Of a stretch of DNA of 41,461 bases, positions 32,983-40,687 are shown piece by piece. This stretch comes from a virus. Made by a program: the position numbers and the translations under genes. Position 1 is the first letter of the stretch; every line of letters begins with the position of its first letter. The notes under the pieces were generated by a model. That model saw only the letters and a program-made list of their open reading frames with translations. It was not told the DNA's origin and ran no database searches. The stretch is taken from the IMG/VR virus record IMGVR_UViG_3300032144_000027. One strand, given 5' to 3'.

Positions 32983-34748
32983 TTCTTAGCGGCCTCCGCC
33001 CATGTATTGCCGATACCCATCGTCAACCTCATAGGTACATCACATGGCAGAGCGTTCGCAGCCTCGAGCATAACTTCGTAAATGATTGCCTTATGCTCAA
33101 GTGGCGCGCACAGGTTAATTTCGTCATGGACCGTACCCAGTAGACGGTAGTAGAAATGTCTAAGGGCGAGCTCTTCGTCTGCATAGATGATGGCCTCTTT
33201 GGTTTGGTCGGCGGCGCTGCCTTGGATGAGCAGGTTGAGGCTCTTGTACGCCCACACTCTGCCATTACTTGGGGGTTCACAGTAGCAATACCGTCCCCCC
33301 AGCGTCTTAATGGGCAGGCCCAACTCGAAACGCCGCTTGCAGTCGCGGTCGAGACGCACCACGTCAGGGAGGTAAGCCTTGATGGCATTCCGTAAACTGC
33401 TGGCCCGGTCGTAGCTACACTCAAGCTTGTCTGCAAGAACTTGTGCTCCCATTGCATAGATTAGTCCCAGTAGAATAACTTTGCTCTGCTTGCGGGTAAC
33501 GTCTCCTCCAACAAGCTCCATGACAAAGATGTAGGGGTCCATCTCCGGGTCGTCGTTAAATGCTTGCAGGAGCAGCCCATCCTCAAAATGTGCCGTGAGG
33601 CGAGGTTCCTGCGCCTTGAAGTCAAATGAATACCAAACACAACCATCGTCAGGCAGACAGTATGACCGCATATTGGGGAAGTGATCGCCGAAATAGTCCA
33701 AGCCTTGTTCATCGGGAATGTTCTGCCCATTTGGCGCGGTGCTGCTTAGCCGACCAGTACGAGTACCGTAGCCTTCAGGGTTCCGCACTTGGTTATAGGT
33801 CGGGTTGATGGTTCCCCCGTTGGCGTCAGCATAGGCGATCCATGGCCCCATGAAAGTACCGGTGAGGGTGGCATACGTCGCGCGGCTGCGCAGCATGCTC
33901 TGCAACTCCTTGTCGCTTTCCAGGACCTTCTCCAAGCTCGCCTTGTTGGCGGACAGCTTGCCGGTGGGCGTGGAAAGGAACCCCTTGTACCCAGCATCGC
34001 AGAGAGCGTTAACCAGCTCTCGGTCGCTCCCAGGGTTCATTCCCGGGCAGTGCAGGCGCTCCCGCACCAAGTCATCCAAAGTGTGGAGTTTGTGCATCGC
34101 CGTATGGTAGTCGTGCCGCAGGCGCTCCAGATCTATCTTAATGCCCTTGGCCCGGATTCCGTTGAGTATGGGAGCCAGTACGCGCTCCCTGTCGTAGGGG
34201 GGATGCATCATGTCCAACTTGGGATAGCAGTACTCGTGCAACTGGTACGCCATTTCGGTGTCAGACTCAGCATACTTCCCAACTAAGTCCCCCGGAGCTC
34301 GACAGATGTAGGCGCCGCATTGTTTCCGACTGCGGCACTCAGGCACATGGGCCATAATCCAGTCGTAGAGCTCTTGCTGGTCGTCTGGAGGCATCCCCAG
34401 CCAGTTGTCGGCTAGGTCCTTCAGGCGAAGGCTGGGAGTGTTTGGGTCTATCAAATAGGCCTCAAACATGGTGTCATGGGTAAGCAGGGGATCGCGCTGA
34501 GGCATGTCAAACCAGTACTCGGCCACCCACAGGTCAAAGGCAAAGATGTTATGCCCGACCAGCTCCTGGTCCCACACACGGATAAGCTCCTTCTTAAAGT
34601 CCTCCTTCGTGCAGTTGTTGTTCGTTGGATGGCCCCATGCCCAGTAGTGATTGGTTCCATCGTGGTCGCGTATGGAGCAGCCCACAGGTTTCGGGGGAGT
34701 AGAGGCACCGTCAACAATTGCGTCTGTTTCAAAGTCTAGGGAAATCAT
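32979..34748 (-). CDS. Family A DNA polymerase with 3'-5' exonuclease domain
   Basis: Track ORF 32979..34760 (TTG start). The ATG at 34748 has GGAG 7 nt upstream. The landmarks are ExoI ISLDFETD, motif A SFDFKAQEPRL, motif B RKQSKVILLGLIYAMG and motif C GTVHDEI. Confidence 0.9.
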   Translation of the reverse strand: MISLDFETDAIVDGASTPPKPVGCSIRDHDGTNHYWAWGHPTNNNCTKEDFKKELIRVWDQELVGHNIFAFDLWVAEYWFDMPQRDPLLTHDTMFEAYLIDPNTPSLRLKDLADNWLGMPPDDQQELYDWIMAHVPECRSRKQCGAYICRAPGDLVGKYAESDTEMAYQLHEYCYPKLDMMHPPYDRERVLAPILNGIRAKGIKIDLERLRHDYHTAMHKLHTLDDLVRERLHCPGMNPGSDRELVNALCDAGYKGFLSTPTGKLSANKASLEKVLESDKELQSMLRSRATYATLTGTFMGPWIAYADANGGTINPTYNQVRNPEGYGTRTGRLSSTAPNGQNIPDEQGLDYFGDHFPNMRSYCLPDDGCVWYSFDFKAQEPRLTAHFEDGLLLQAFNDDPEMDPYIFVMELVGGDVTRKQSKVILLGLIYAMGAQVLADKLECSYDRASSLRNAIKAYLPDVVRLDRDCKRRFELGLPIKTLGGRYCYCEPPSNGRVWAYKSLNLLIQGSAADQTKEAIIYADEELALRHFYYRLLGTVHDEINLCAPLEHKAIIYEVMLEAANALPCDVPMRLTMGIGNTWAEAAKK

Positions 34749-34760
34749 CAGAAACTCCAA

Positions 34761-34778
34761 AGGGGGCTTTCGCCCCCT
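34761..34778 (-). other. Intercistronic GC hairpin with GNRA-type loop
   Basis: Read on the minus strand: AGGGGGC-GAAA-GCCCCCT followed by TTGGAGTTT, which contains the polymerase SD. Confidence 0.5.
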
Positions 34779-34784
34779 CGCTAG

Positions 34785-35531
34785 TTAGAACTTCGCTGGT
34801 TTGGATGCTGTTTCTGCTGCTCTTTCAGTTGGAGGATCATAGACCTTCTGTGCGATCTCCAGAGCCGCAGGAATTCGGGCTATGAGTCCGCCCAGCATGC
34901 TCCGATCAACTACGCCAATATCGGTAAAGGTCAGCTTGTACTGGCTCTTCTGGTCAGGCACGCTGCCTACCCGAGTGATCAAAGCCAGTGGTGGGGATTT
35001 GTACAGAGCGCCGCACTTCTGAACATACATCTGCCAGTTGTTCACTGAAGTGACAGGAGGTTTAAGGATCGCAATTTCAGCCGTGGCAATGTCTTCTGGC
35101 CGAGTGGAGGCGGGGATCACCGCCAAGCTGCGAGTGTTCTTGCAAGCCTTGCCCCGGCCACCGTCGGGGTCACTTTTCCACTGGTTGGCCCAGCACTCGG
35201 CACAGGTGGAGCACTGGGGCTTGCTGCTCGCAGGGTGCGGGGCCATATCCGGGCCTCCATCCTCAGAGTACGCAAAGCAGACCGGGCTGGTCAGGTTATT
35301 GGGGTCAAACTTGCCCTCGTACAGCGTATTCGCGTGGACACTTGCGACTACAATAACATCCAGTTTGTTGTCTGGGCATGGATTCCCATTGTAGGTCAGT
35401 ACCCCCGCACGGGTGCCGATTGTTAGCCCGCTGGGTCGCTCTATCTCGCCGGCCCTCTTGGCCAACCGAGCGAGCTCCTCATCGTAGTTTACTATCTCGG
35501 ATCTCTTAGTGTCTTTGCTCTCAGTAGTCAT
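34785..35531 (-). CDS. Replication-module protein with CxxC...GKACKN motif (possible ssDNA-binding protein)
   Basis: 248 aa, directly upstream of the polymerase gene. It contains CSTCAECWANQWKSDPDGGRGKACKNTR. The functional guess rests on position only. Confidence 0.3.
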   Translation of the reverse strand: MTTESKDTKRSEIVNYDEELARLAKRAGEIERPSGLTIGTRAGVLTYNGNPCPDNKLDVIVVASVHANTLYEGKFDPNNLTSPVCFAYSEDGGPDMAPHPASSKPQCSTCAECWANQWKSDPDGGRGKACKNTRSLAVIPASTRPEDIATAEIAILKPPVTSVNNWQMYVQKCGALYKSPPLALITRVGSVPDQKSQYKLTFTDIGVVDRSMLGGLIARIPAALEIAQKVYDPPTERAAETASKPAKF

Positions 35532-35541
35532 TTCTCAGTAC

Positions 35542-35676
35542 TCAGAATTGATGCAACAGGTTAATGATCCACAATTTGATCCCAGTCCACATGGCACGCA
35601 GGGAAGTGAATTTGTTCCCTGCCCGGAACCCAACGTAGAAGCCGACACCCATCAGTACAGCGATCAACAAGGTCAT
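35542..35676 (-). CDS. Small membrane protein (44 aa), below the ORF-track cutoff
   Basis: My own translation is MTLLIAVLMGVGFYVGFRAGNKFTSLRAMWTGIKLWIINLLHQF. GGAG lies 8 nt upstream of the ATG at 35676. Confidence 0.45.
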   Translation of the reverse strand: MTLLIAVLMGVGFYVGFRAGNKFTSLRAMWTGIKLWIINLLHQF

Positions 35677-35723
35677 TATAGTCTCCAGAAGGGGCGCAGT
35701 TGGCCTACGCCCCCCGATTGCGG

Positions 35724-36323
35724 TTAGCCTTCGATTGCGGCCAGGATCAGATCCGCAGTGCTGGCGTAGGCGTCGGCCTCGTCAACGGTTTTCACATCCA
35801 CGATGTCGAACTTGGCACCGGACAGGTCATCGTCCAGTTTGCGCAGGTACTCCGTAGCATCACGGTCGTGGCCCACCTGAATAAACAGGAAGGTAAGGTC
35901 TTCGTCTTTGTCCAGCTTCTGGCTGGCTTCCACAATGACGCGAGCCGCAGCGGCTTTGTCATCAGGGACGCCATCGGTAAGCACCAGGATAAAGTCCTTT
36001 TTATCGGACTTGCCTGCTTGCTCCAGCGCCGCACTGAGCGCCTCGGCAAGTGGGGTAGAACCCCGTGGGGAACGGGTGGCAAAGATTTCCTTTACCTTGT
36101 CGGCTGTTACGCCAGTGTAACCCTGGACGCTGGCACCACTGAAAAACAGCACATCAACACCGTCGCTGTCCAGTGCCTGCAAATCGCGGGCAAGAGCAGT
36201 GACACTTTCCTGGGCGTAGTCCCAACGGGACAGGCCGCGCTTGCAATCTTGCTCGCCCATGCTGCCGGACGCGTCAATTGCAATGATGAAATCATACTCG
36301 GAAAGTGAAGATTTATCAGCCAT
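35724..36323 (-). CDS. von Willebrand factor A (vWA) domain protein, TerF/TerY-like
   Basis: Track ORF 35724..36359. The ATG at 36323 has GAGG upstream. It has the MIDAS motif IIAIDASGSMGE, a later TP (GSTPL) and VLTDGVPDD. Confidence 0.75.
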   Translation of the reverse strand: MADKSSLSEYDFIIAIDASGSMGEQDCKRGLSRWDYAQESVTALARDLQALDSDGVDVLFFSGASVQGYTGVTADKVKEIFATRSPRGSTPLAEALSAALEQAGKSDKKDFILVLTDGVPDDKAAAARVIVEASQKLDKDEDLTFLFIQVGHDRDATEYLRKLDDDLSGAKFDIVDVKTVDEADAYASTADLILAAIEG

Positions 36324-36398
36324 TTCAGTTACCTCATTGGTTATGGACTGTAGCGCCACCTTGGCGCTACAGGGGTAATAGTAACACCGGTAGCCCTC

Positions 36399-37079
36399 TT
36401 AAACAACGGGGTAGCCACCTTTATTTGCATCGCCCATCAGCCAGAACACCAGCAGCATACGCTCGCCAGCCCTGACCTCAGCACCACGGTGATGCACGAA
36501 ACGCCCGTTGAAGAACAGAGCGTGTCCTTTGGGGAGCGCTGGCACAAAGATGGTCTGCCCTGCTGGCCCATAGGGTCGCAGATAGGTTCCACCCCCGCTG
36601 TGGCGATCGGGCGCTAAGCTGACCACGCAGCTCAGTTCACTCTGCTCGTCCACATGCCAGTCACTCTGGGCCGTGGCGTCTGTGGTGTAGCGCGCCAGCT
36701 GGATAGAGCTGGCCTTCCCAGGCGTGTGGCCCGTCATAATCTGGAACAGGGGGGTAATCCTCTGGTCCAGCATGTTAATGAACTTTGGAAACAGGGCCGG
36801 AGCCTTGTATCGCAGCACCAACTCTTCTACCTGATACGGAGTCTCCTCCTCTGGGTTAACCTCAAAGGCGCCCCGGTTGGTATCGGCGTAGGCCAGGAGG
36901 TCATCACACTCGTAGTGATCCATTACGGGGGCGCTGAAGATCATCGGCCCCCACAGGTGGATCGGTATATCATCCAGACGGTTCTCGTTCCAGATAATGC
37001 TAGCGCGGTCGTAGCCCTCAGCATTGCACTGAGCGATCGCGGCTTGCATCCGCGGCATGAAGTCTGCTAAGGGGTTCAT
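36399..37079 (-). CDS. 2-oxoglutarate/Fe(II)-dependent oxygenase (prolyl-4-hydroxylase-like)
   Basis: 226 aa. It has the H-x-D triad in DWHVDEQS, the distal His and Arg in RFVHHRGAEVRAGERMLLVFW, and GGGTYL between them. Confidence 0.8.
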   Translation of the reverse strand: MNPLADFMPRMQAAIAQCNAEGYDRASIIWNENRLDDIPIHLWGPMIFSAPVMDHYECDDLLAYADTNRGAFEVNPEEETPYQVEELVLRYKAPALFPKFINMLDQRITPLFQIMTGHTPGKASSIQLARYTTDATAQSDWHVDEQSELSCVVSLAPDRHSGGGTYLRPYGPAGQTIFVPALPKGHALFFNGRFVHHRGAEVRAGERMLLVFWLMGDANKGGYPVV

Positions 37080-37309
37080 CGCTCACCCCGCAGCAGCTTC
37101 TGGGTGAAGTCCTCTACCTCAATCCTGCACTCCTCCAGCAGTGCAATAGCTTCGGATTCGTTTTCACCACCGGCCTCAAACAGCAGGCGGAGCATTGTGG
37201 CTGCTCCCCCCATAAAGGCCCGGATCGTCTCTGTGCGCTGTACTTCGTGCGCGTCCTTAGGGATGCACATCTCAGCAAACAGCTCACGTTCTTCGGCCAA
37301 TCTGCCCAT
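37076..37309 (-). CDS. Hypothetical protein
   Basis: Track ORF 37076..37429. The ATG at 37309 lies 1 nt after the upstream stop, giving 77 aa. Its stop overlaps the next start by 4 nt. Confidence 0.5.
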   Translation of the reverse strand: MGRLAEERELFAEMCIPKDAHEVQRTETIRAFMGGAATMLRLLFEAGGENESEAIALLEECRIEVEDFTQKLLRGER

Positions 37310-37310
37310 A

Positions 37311-37727
37311 TCAGGCTTTCCTGTCAAATAGGTCGTACACGGTACGCACCTTGACACCGGGCACGGGCTCCCCAGCATCTTCGCGAGCAAAGATGGCCGG
37401 GTCGCTAATGCGAAACTGTAGCATGTCAAGGGCGCGGTTCTGTATCAAGTAATCAACGAAGGCCTCGCGGTCTTCAACCTCATGGACTTCCCTGTCACTT
37501 AGACCAGTGATACGCTGGTCAATTACCATCCCCTCAAAGAGCTGTTCCCGGAAGACATCAATCAACCAGGACTTCATGCCAATTTCTTGCTCTTTGAGAT
37601 CAGCCGCTATCTTGTCCGCCTTTAGGCGTTCAGCCCGCTTGTCGCGCCATGCCTGGATGACTTTCTCAGCCATGTAACGGTCGGCGTCTATGGGGGCAAC
37701 ATTAGCGATGGTTTTATCAAAATCCAT
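37311..37727 (-). CDS. Hypothetical coiled-coil protein (possibly Gp157-like)
   Basis: Track ORF 37311..37745. The ATG at 37727 has GAGGTG 7 nt upstream. An N-terminal coiled coil followed by C-terminal ...GEPVPGVKVRTV... resembles siphovirus Gp157-type proteins. The assignment is tentative. Confidence 0.4.
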   Translation of the reverse strand: MDFDKTIANVAPIDADRYMAEKVIQAWRDKRAERLKADKIAADLKEQEIGMKSWLIDVFREQLFEGMVIDQRITGLSDREVHEVEDREAFVDYLIQNRALDMLQFRISDPAIFAREDAGEPVPGVKVRTVYDLFDRKA

Positions 37728-38025
37728 CACTGTCCACCTCTTCAATAGTTTTGGTGAACACCAAATTACCGCCGATATAGCTCCGTTCCCATAACAGAGC
37801 CTGGAGTGTCCTACCCAGTATTGTCAGTTCGTGCAATGTAGAAGGTTTGCCTGGAAACAGCAGCCCCCATGCATCACTAAGGCTAAGAACTACGCACATC
37901 TGCCCTTTGTACTTGCGCAGGAATGGGCGAAGGTTCGCTGCCTTCATTAGCGGCATGACTCGCTCAGTAAAGGACTTGTCCTCCAGGGGGGAAATTTTGA
38001 ATCGGAGACGTTCTACGGTAAACAT
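37717..38025 (-). CDS. Hypothetical protein
   Basis: Track ORF 37717..38067. The ATG at 38025 has CAGGAG upstream, giving 102 aa. Confidence 0.5.
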   Translation of the reverse strand: MFTVERLRFKISPLEDKSFTERVMPLMKAANLRPFLRKYKGQMCVVLSLSDAWGLLFPGKPSTLHELTILGRTLQALLWERSYIGGNLVFTKTIEEVDSDGF

Positions 38026-38073
38026 GGTGAACTCCTGTAAGTGGTGCCCTCTACCGGGCACCACCAACTCTAT

Positions 38074-38442
38074 TTAGGGCATGAAAATACCCATCGGGTT
38101 AACTTCCTCCCCACCAAACTTCTGCACCGCTGCCATCATAAGGCCAGCGACGCGCATGGGGCTTTCGTGATCCAACTCTGTAATCAGTGTAGCAGCCAGC
38201 AACTCGGGGGTTGCCCTCCCCACGCCACCCAGGAAATCGATGGTATGTGAAGAGTTCCCACCCTCGGTCTGGGAAGTAAAGAACCGCATGATGAACGGCA
38301 TGTTCACTTCGCGGCAAATCTTTTCAATTTCCTTGATAAGCGGAGTAAGCCGCTCGTCGTACGTGGTACTGACATCGAAGACTTCTGGTTTGGCGTTAAC
38401 CCACTCTTCAGTTGTAAACGCGCCTTCGTCTTGTAGGTCCAT
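38074..38442 (-). CDS. Hypothetical protein
   Basis: Track ORF 38074..38541. The ATG at 38442 has GAGGTG 8 nt upstream, giving 122 aa. An alternative ATG lies at 38475. Confidence 0.5.
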   Translation of the reverse strand: MDLQDEGAFTTEEWVNAKPEVFDVSTTYDERLTPLIKEIEKICREVNMPFIMRFFTSQTEGGNSSHTIDFLGGVGRATPELLAATLITELDHESPMRVAGLMMAAVQKFGGEEVNPMGIFMP

Positions 38443-38458
38443 TGCAAGGTCACCTCTT

Positions 38459-38839
38459 TCAAAATGGAATGTCATTATCGATTTTTGGCACCACGGGGGC
38501 TGGGATGTACTCCCCCTCAACCGGCGCCGCTTTCGGTGCATCCAGCAACAGCAATGATTTGCGAACTTCGGCTATACGCATCATAGCCTCGCTGTAAACC
38601 CGCATGGCCTCGTTTTCCTGAACCGTCAGGGTTTCCAAGGCCCGACTGTAAAGATCAACGCCCTCAGGTATAACGGCGCAGAGCTCTACTTCCGTCACCA
38701 ATATGGCACGATTGTCGTAATGGCAGGTGCCATCACGGAGCTCGTACCTAAAGGGGAACTCGCCCAGCTTCGGCGCGTACTTGGGCAGAGCCCAGATACT
38801 TCCCTCAGCCTTAACTACTTCCTGCTTGGTTTTAATCAC
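38459..38839 (-). CDS. Hypothetical protein, first gene of the minus-strand operon
   Basis: 126 aa. The GTG start is preceded by AAGGAGG. Confidence 0.6.
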   Translation of the reverse strand: MIKTKQEVVKAEGSIWALPKYAPKLGEFPFRYELRDGTCHYDNRAILVTEVELCAVIPEGVDLYSRALETLTVQENEAMRVYSEAMMRIAEVRKSLLLLDAPKAAPVEGEYIPAPVVPKIDNDIPF

Positions 38840-38877
38840 AACTATTACCTCCTTGGCGGCTGCTATACCGCACCTAT

Positions 38878-38906
38878 ATAGTAGCCCAGCGGTGTTACTG
38901 GTGCAA
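38878..38906 (-). promoter_or_regulatory. Candidate divergent promoter TTGCAC-17 nt-TACTAT (minus strand)
   Basis: -35 at 38901..38906 and -10 at 38878..38883, read on the minus strand. It lies about 40 nt upstream of the GTG at 38839. Confidence 0.35.
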
Positions 38907-38926
38907 CCATTAAAGGCCTCCAGCGC

Positions 38927-38955
38927 TTGCCCAGTTTGGTTATAAGGCTTATACT
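38927..38955 (+). promoter_or_regulatory. Sigma70-like early promoter TTGCCC-17 nt-TATACT
   Basis: -35 at 38927..38932 and -10 at 38950..38955. The 13-nt palindrome CTGGTA-C-TACCAG (38954..38966) overlaps the end of the -10 and extends across the predicted start-site region. Confidence 0.5.
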
Positions 38956-39001
38956 GGTACTACCAGCGCCACCCCGGCGCTGCTTATATAGGTGCAAGGT
39001 T

Positions 39002-39346
39002 ATGGAAGCTCAACTAAAGCTAGACCCGACCGGCTATTATGAGGCCAATCTTGGAGATGATTGGCGTGAAAAGTGCGTTGAGGTCATGGGTGTTTTGCCA
39101 GAGTTCATGTTTGGCCCCCATGCAACTATTGCCGAGAACATGGAAAAGAACTACCAGTTCTTCTTCGCCTGGGCCACGGGCATGGGAGCCAAGGTGAGCA
39201 ACGAATGCTTTTGCTTCCCAGGGGATCCGCCCCAGTACCCCATTATGAGCGCCACGCATGGCAACGAAACAGTATATATCTACCAGCACGCGCTCGTTGC
39301 GCAGACTGTGGATGGCGAGCTTACTAAATGGACGAGAATGGACTGA
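39002..39346 (+). CDS. Hypothetical early protein, first gene of the plus-strand early operon
   Basis: Track ORF 38927..39346. The ATG at 39002 lies downstream of the promoter, giving 114 aa. Confidence 0.6.
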   Translation: MEAQLKLDPTGYYEANLGDDWREKCVEVMGVLPEFMFGPHATIAENMEKNYQFFFAWATGMGAKVSNECFCFPGDPPQYPIMSATHGNETVYIYQHALVAQTVDGELTKWTRMD

Positions 39347-39350
39347 ACCC

Positions 39351-39596
39351 ATGCATCTACATGCCCGGCAGGAAACGCTACTGGAAGAGCTAGATGCATT
39401 GTACTATCAACTGCCGGAGTGTACCACACTTCGCCAGTATGATCTGCTGAAATTGCAGATAGAGTTTTACAAGGATCTGCTGAAAAAGTACAATCCGGCA
39501 CCACGCTACAAGGAGAACCGCGTTAATGAGCCGCAAAGAGACACCCCAACAATTCGACGCCCGTATGCAAGCCGAGGAAGAGTTACTTCTTATTAG
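39351..39596 (+). CDS. Hypothetical protein
   Basis: Track ORF 39258..39596. The ATG at 39351 lies 4 nt after the previous stop. The 3' end overlaps the next ORF by 71 nt. Confidence 0.45.
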   Translation: MHLHARQETLLEELDALYYQLPECTTLRQYDLLKLQIEFYKDLLKKYNPAPRYKENRVNEPQRDTPTIRRPYASRGRVTSY

Positions 39597-39729
39597 GCAA
39601 GAGCGGCAGGCCCGGTGCGCGCACTGGAACTGCCACCCCACCGAATGGTGGTGGTCTAACGGCCAAATCCGCACGCTGCGGTGCGACGAATGTGAAGCTG
39701 AACAGTATTTCGAGGAGTTCCAACCATGA
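39526..39729 (+). CDS. Hypothetical protein with Cys/His/Trp-rich C-terminus
   Basis: 67 aa containing CAHWNCHPTEWWWSNGQIRTLRCDEC. Its stop overlaps the next ATG. Confidence 0.5.
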   Translation: MSRKETPQQFDARMQAEEELLLIRQERQARCAHWNCHPTEWWWSNGQIRTLRCDECEAEQYFEEFQP

Positions 39730-39914
39730 ATGCAACTGACATGAAAGAGCTGATGGAGCGCATGTTCATGCTCATCAACACCCGCGTTGAAATTGCCAAG
39801 TTGGAGGTCAAGAACCAGAACGCCCCCATGTACCTCCACCGCCAAGCCCAAGGGATTGAGGAGGGCATGATGTTTAAGCTGCGCCTCCTGGCCGAAGCCG
39901 AGGAGGGGAAGTGA
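39726..39914 (+). CDS. Hypothetical protein
   Basis: 62 aa, coupled at both its start and its stop. Confidence 0.5.
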   Translation: MNATDMKELMERMFMLINTRVEIAKLEVKNQNAPMYLHRQAQGIEEGMMFKLRLLAEAEEGK

Positions 39915-40117
39915 GAAAGATGAAGGGACTAGTAGTCCCAGCCGACCTGTTCCTGGAGCTGGTGCGCATCTACAAGGGGATGCCACAGGAAGCGGTGACT
40001 CGCAAGCACTGGCTTGAGGCCCACCGCCTGGAGTGCGTGGCCCAGCGCAAGCTCTTTGAGCACCAGCACCCCCAGCGCGTCAAGCGCCATGTTAACCAGG
40101 AGAAATTTGAAAAATGA
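39911..40117 (+). CDS. Hypothetical protein
   Basis: 68 aa. The GTG start is preceded by GAGGAGG. Its stop overlaps the next ATG (ATGA). Confidence 0.5.
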   Translation: MRKMKGLVVPADLFLELVRIYKGMPQEAVTRKHWLEAHRLECVAQRKLFEHQHPQRVKRHVNQEKFEK

Positions 40118-40518
40118 AATACCGCATCCAGTATTTCCTGCACGTCCAGGGTATGGAGTTCCCAGACCAGCGTGACTTTGGGGAGCTAGATGCAAGTTCC
40201 CCAGAAGATGCGGTGGAAAGCGCCATCAAGATCCACTTCCCCAACTACACGGGCAAGGATCTTGAGTACCTGCGGGGCTGCCTGTCGGCAACCTACGTTG
40301 AAGCCTTCCCACACCACTTTCACCCACGGACGGATGATGTAATACTTGTTAAGAAGGATGATATACCTGTCATGGCGCGGCGTCTGTGCAACCGCGTCTC
40401 ATATGAGTGCAACGTAAACCCAGACGATATGTGGAAGGAATACGGCGCTCTGTTCGTAAATGATATCAACGTTATTCTTGGATTACCAATGGAGAACGAA
40501 GATGAAGACGTCATATGA
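40114..40518 (+). CDS. Hypothetical protein
   Basis: 134-aa ORF within the coupled early operon. Confidence 0.6.
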   Translation: MKYRIQYFLHVQGMEFPDQRDFGELDASSPEDAVESAIKIHFPNYTGKDLEYLRGCLSATYVEAFPHHFHPRTDDVILVKKDDIPVMARRLCNRVSYECNVNPDDMWKEYGALFVNDINVILGLPMENEDEDVI

Positions 40519-40687
40519 TGAGCTTATAGAACTCCTATATATTTGGCGATTCGCGCCAAGCGAAGACCCGAGGATACAGGGGGATAGCGGCAACGCGATC
40601 GGCGCTAGGTTGGCCGAGTTGAGAAGGGAGTTGGGCGATGAGGAATGGACCAAAGCCAGCAAACAGGTAGGATGGGACAACCAATGA
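40502..40687 (+). CDS. Hypothetical protein
   Basis: Track ORF 40460..40687. The ATG at 40502 has GGAGAA upstream, giving 61 aa. Confidence 0.5.
   Translation: MKTSYDELIELLYIWRFAPSEDPRIQGDSGNAIGARLAELRRELGDEEWTKASKQVGWDNQ

Larger units (their letters stand above)
38870..38995. repeat. 11-bp inverted repeat bracketing the divergent control region
   Basis: gcacctatata at 38870..38880 and tatataggtgc at 38985..38995. One arm lies in each 5' leader. Confidence 0.85.
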
